Part shown: piece by piece, positions 61,860-64,000 of the stretch | Numbering within the stretch: the stretch's first letter is position 1 | Layout of the letters: every line of letters begins with the position of its first letter | The notes under the pieces: generated by a model | The model's database searches: none | What the model was told of the DNA's origin: nothing | What the model saw: only the letters and a program-made list of their open reading frames with translations | Translations under genes and position numbers: made by a program | Source of the DNA: Hydrolagus colliei | Lineage: Eukaryota | Reading direction: 5' to 3' | NCBI GenBank assembly: GCA_035084275.1 | Contig: CM068748.1 | Span: 8,618,001 to 8,682,000, forward strand | DNA: 64,000 nt

Positions 61860-64000
61860 AAAAATGACTGTGACTCCTAGTTTCTAACAACTGCAGTAAC
61901 TCTACCTCTTTATTTGCATTTTTAAACCTACATATGATGTATGTAGCCCAGAAAAGATTAGAATTGAATAATGTTGAGTTTATGGCTAATGCCTGAATAT
62001 TCGCTCACTTTACCCATTCCATGGTCTCTTGATATAGTCTCAATTTAACTGTCTAACTCAAACCTTAACATGATAGATTCATTCATTCAGCCTCTTTAAG
62101 ACCTGATTGATGGTATTGCTCCTAAAACACCTTGGGGCTGCTTAAAATCAAACTCACATTCTTCCAAACCCTTTGAGTTTGCCACCGTAATGCACACTTA
62201 CCTTACCAGATTAATAGATAAAATGCCATTGTATAGCTGTCAACATGTTTGAATGCTATGGCAGTGGAATAGAGGGGGTAAGTCTTAATATGTCCCAAAC
62301 TCTATGTCTTCACTTTATTGCTGAGCCTATTCGGCTGTCATTATTAGTTCTCCTTTGCAAGATCCAATGGTCCCATTGGGATAATTGTCTTTGTGTTCCG
62401 TAGAATACTCTGTATCTGCTGACTCTTCAAATATCAACCCAGTTCCAACCAGAATTTCATCTATTATTCCCTTTGAAACAAGTCAACTGACGTATTCCTG
62501 CCAGAGGTCTTATATACACATCCAGCAAGTTGTGCTACAGTGACATCCAAGTTAACCTTATCACGACCACTGATCTATTAGTACTCAACTGATAACTTCT
62601 AAAATGGATTTACAAGGTATTTTCCTGGTAAACAACTGGGGATTATTTTGTAAATATGTTGGCAGCAATGACACCAATCATTAAATAATCGTGTAGTTTA
62701 TTATGCTACAATGCAGATGGAGATAACTGCCAGCTGCTGTCCTTTCCAACACGCACCGTTACTGCAAAATCTGATCCCAGACTGAATAGAAATACTAATT
62801 AAAAGGTTTGTGTCACTTGAAGGATGCTTTTTTTTTGTATTCACTTGTAATTGTCTAGAAGATGAAGATGTACAAGGTAGAACCATATGTTTTACATTTC
62901 ACATTTACCCTTAGTGCAGGAGCAGAAAAGAATGAAGTTCCAAATGTGGCAATTAATTTGTTAATTCCATATTCTCTTGCTCCACTAAAATATTAACATA
63001 TTATAAAATGGTAAGTTGCTTGGTTCAAAAAGCATTCTGTGTCATTTATAATTATTTAGATGTCATGTTTGTGTGCTGCAGTTTGTTGAAATTTGATTTT
63101 TTTAAAATCAGCCAAGTATCTGACATCCACGGAAACCTATCACCATATTTAAGGCTATCCAAAACAAACTATCAAAGGTTCCACGCTTACAGTTTCTGTT
63201 TCAACATACAGTGTTTGCTGGTTGCCCATCTAACAAACTGAGGCCTCAACAATAAGTTTCAGCATTGATTTTTTTCTACCTTGTCAGCAGTCGTCTCTAG
63301 AAAAGGATGTCAATGACTGATTCAATATATGGTGAGGTATCATGCCCATAACAGCTGGGTTATTGAAAGCTATTTCTTGATCTTCAAGACATTCACTGTA
63401 TGTGAAAAGTGCTTTGTAACACACAGTTTCTCATACTCATTTTGCATAGCTGTCCATCTGCAAACCTTTTAAAATTATTGATGTAAACGTAGACAACCCA
63501 ACTACACACTGAAATGGCAAAATCTTATTTAAGGGCTAAAGATGACATTCTGTGTAGTTAAGATGTTGGTTGCTTTTCTCAGGAATTGACTATGTTTAAT
63601 CCTTTTCCGTAGATCTCGGCAGGGAAATCTATAGCAATCCCGCTGTAAGAAAGCAGATAAAGAATTGAACCAAATAGGCTAATGCATTATCAAAAAAGTG
63701 TAGCAGGTTACAAGTGATATGTTGAACTTTCAGACTCTATTGTATGTAGCCTGTGATATATAATGTCAGCTGTTTGCATAATTCAGCCAACTGTTGCAAT
63801 GCTCTGATTACCCATTGGTACTAATGGCCAGTACTTGGCTGGCTCTTAAATCATATTTTATGCAATCTTCTATTTTATGCAAACTATATATAGTAATACA
63901 AATATTGGTGCTTAACATGCACATGCAAATTTAAAAATTCCTAAAGTATTGACTAGAAACGGCCTGAATGTTTCAGAGACAAACCCATTCCCCAGAAACT

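Overview
AT-rich vertebrate genomic DNA, almost all non-coding. The repeat set (tRNA-headed Deu-domain SINEs with L2-type tails, plus many L2 and CR1 LINE fragments) points to a cartilaginous fish, most likely a holocephalan such as Callorhinchus; this is inferred from recalled repeat families, not a database hit. I cannot identify any host protein-coding gene. The only recognisable ORFs are decayed LINE ORF2 pieces (CR1 at 43040-43498 and 47941-48213; L2 near 7.7-8.8, 16.2, 22.2, 35.3 and 40.3 kb). A CpG-rich, microsatellite- and poly-G-laden island at about 53.3-56.8 kb looks like a promoter, with candidate minus-strand 5' exons, so 1-54 kb may be long intron(s) of an unidentified gene. There are no prokaryote-type features (CRISPR, operons) and no clearly new biological system. 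The best observations concern transposon history: an apparent excess of TACAGTA/TACTGTA Tc1/mariner-type footprints, a three-level nested insertion containing a 61-bp MITE, an L2-tail-in-SINE-tail hairpin, and a covarying 3' stem-loop shared by the SINE and several L2 variants. Repeat boundaries were judged by eye and are approximate.
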